Shown: positions 63,931-64,000 of the stretch, piece after piece
Layout: each line of letters starts with the position of its first letter
How positions within the stretch are numbered: position 1 is the first letter of the stretch
Assembly: GCA_964016885.1 (NCBI GenBank)
Contig: OZ024745.1
Coordinates: 24,180,001-24,244,000, forward strand
DNA from: Eledone cirrhosa
Taxonomy: Eukaryota
Direction: 5' to 3'
DNA length: 64,000 nucleotides
Notes under the pieces: model-generated
What the model was told of the DNA's origin: nothing
The model's input: the letters and a program-made list of their open reading frames with translations, nothing else
Database searches by the model: none
Position numbers and translations under genes: made by a program

Positions 63931-64000
63931 TTGTTTGTAGTTGTTTGTAGTTGTTTGTAGTTGTTTGTAGTTGTTTGTAGTTGTTTGTAGTTGTTTGTAG
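63931..64000. repeat. 10-bp tandem repeat (ttgtttgtag)n
   Basis: Seven exact copies to window end. Confidence 0.95.

Overview
AT-rich, microsatellite-saturated eukaryotic DNA with no recognisable host protein-coding gene; most short ORFs in the track are translations of (TA)n, (CA)n, (GA)n and (CATA)n. The SINE and microsatellite style suggests an invertebrate, probably an octopus (inference). The window holds two near-intact Penelope-like elements (RT plus C-terminal GIY-YIG with a CxCx5Cx5C linker, Naiad-like), each broken by one in-frame stop. It also holds Tx1/L1-like, RTE, R4/Dong and CRE LINE remnants, mariner and hAT relics and MITEs, and about 20 tRNA-derived SINE copies. The strongest signal is non-coding: more than 15 type I hammerhead ribozyme (HHR) motifs from apparently unrelated families. 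They sit in ~480-600 nt non-autonomous, retrozyme-like units embedded in (TA)n, with a recurring 'inverted partial copy + partial tandem repeat' architecture. Two families carry a U3-A8 variant core. All folds were paired by eye and coordinates of degenerate elements are approximate.
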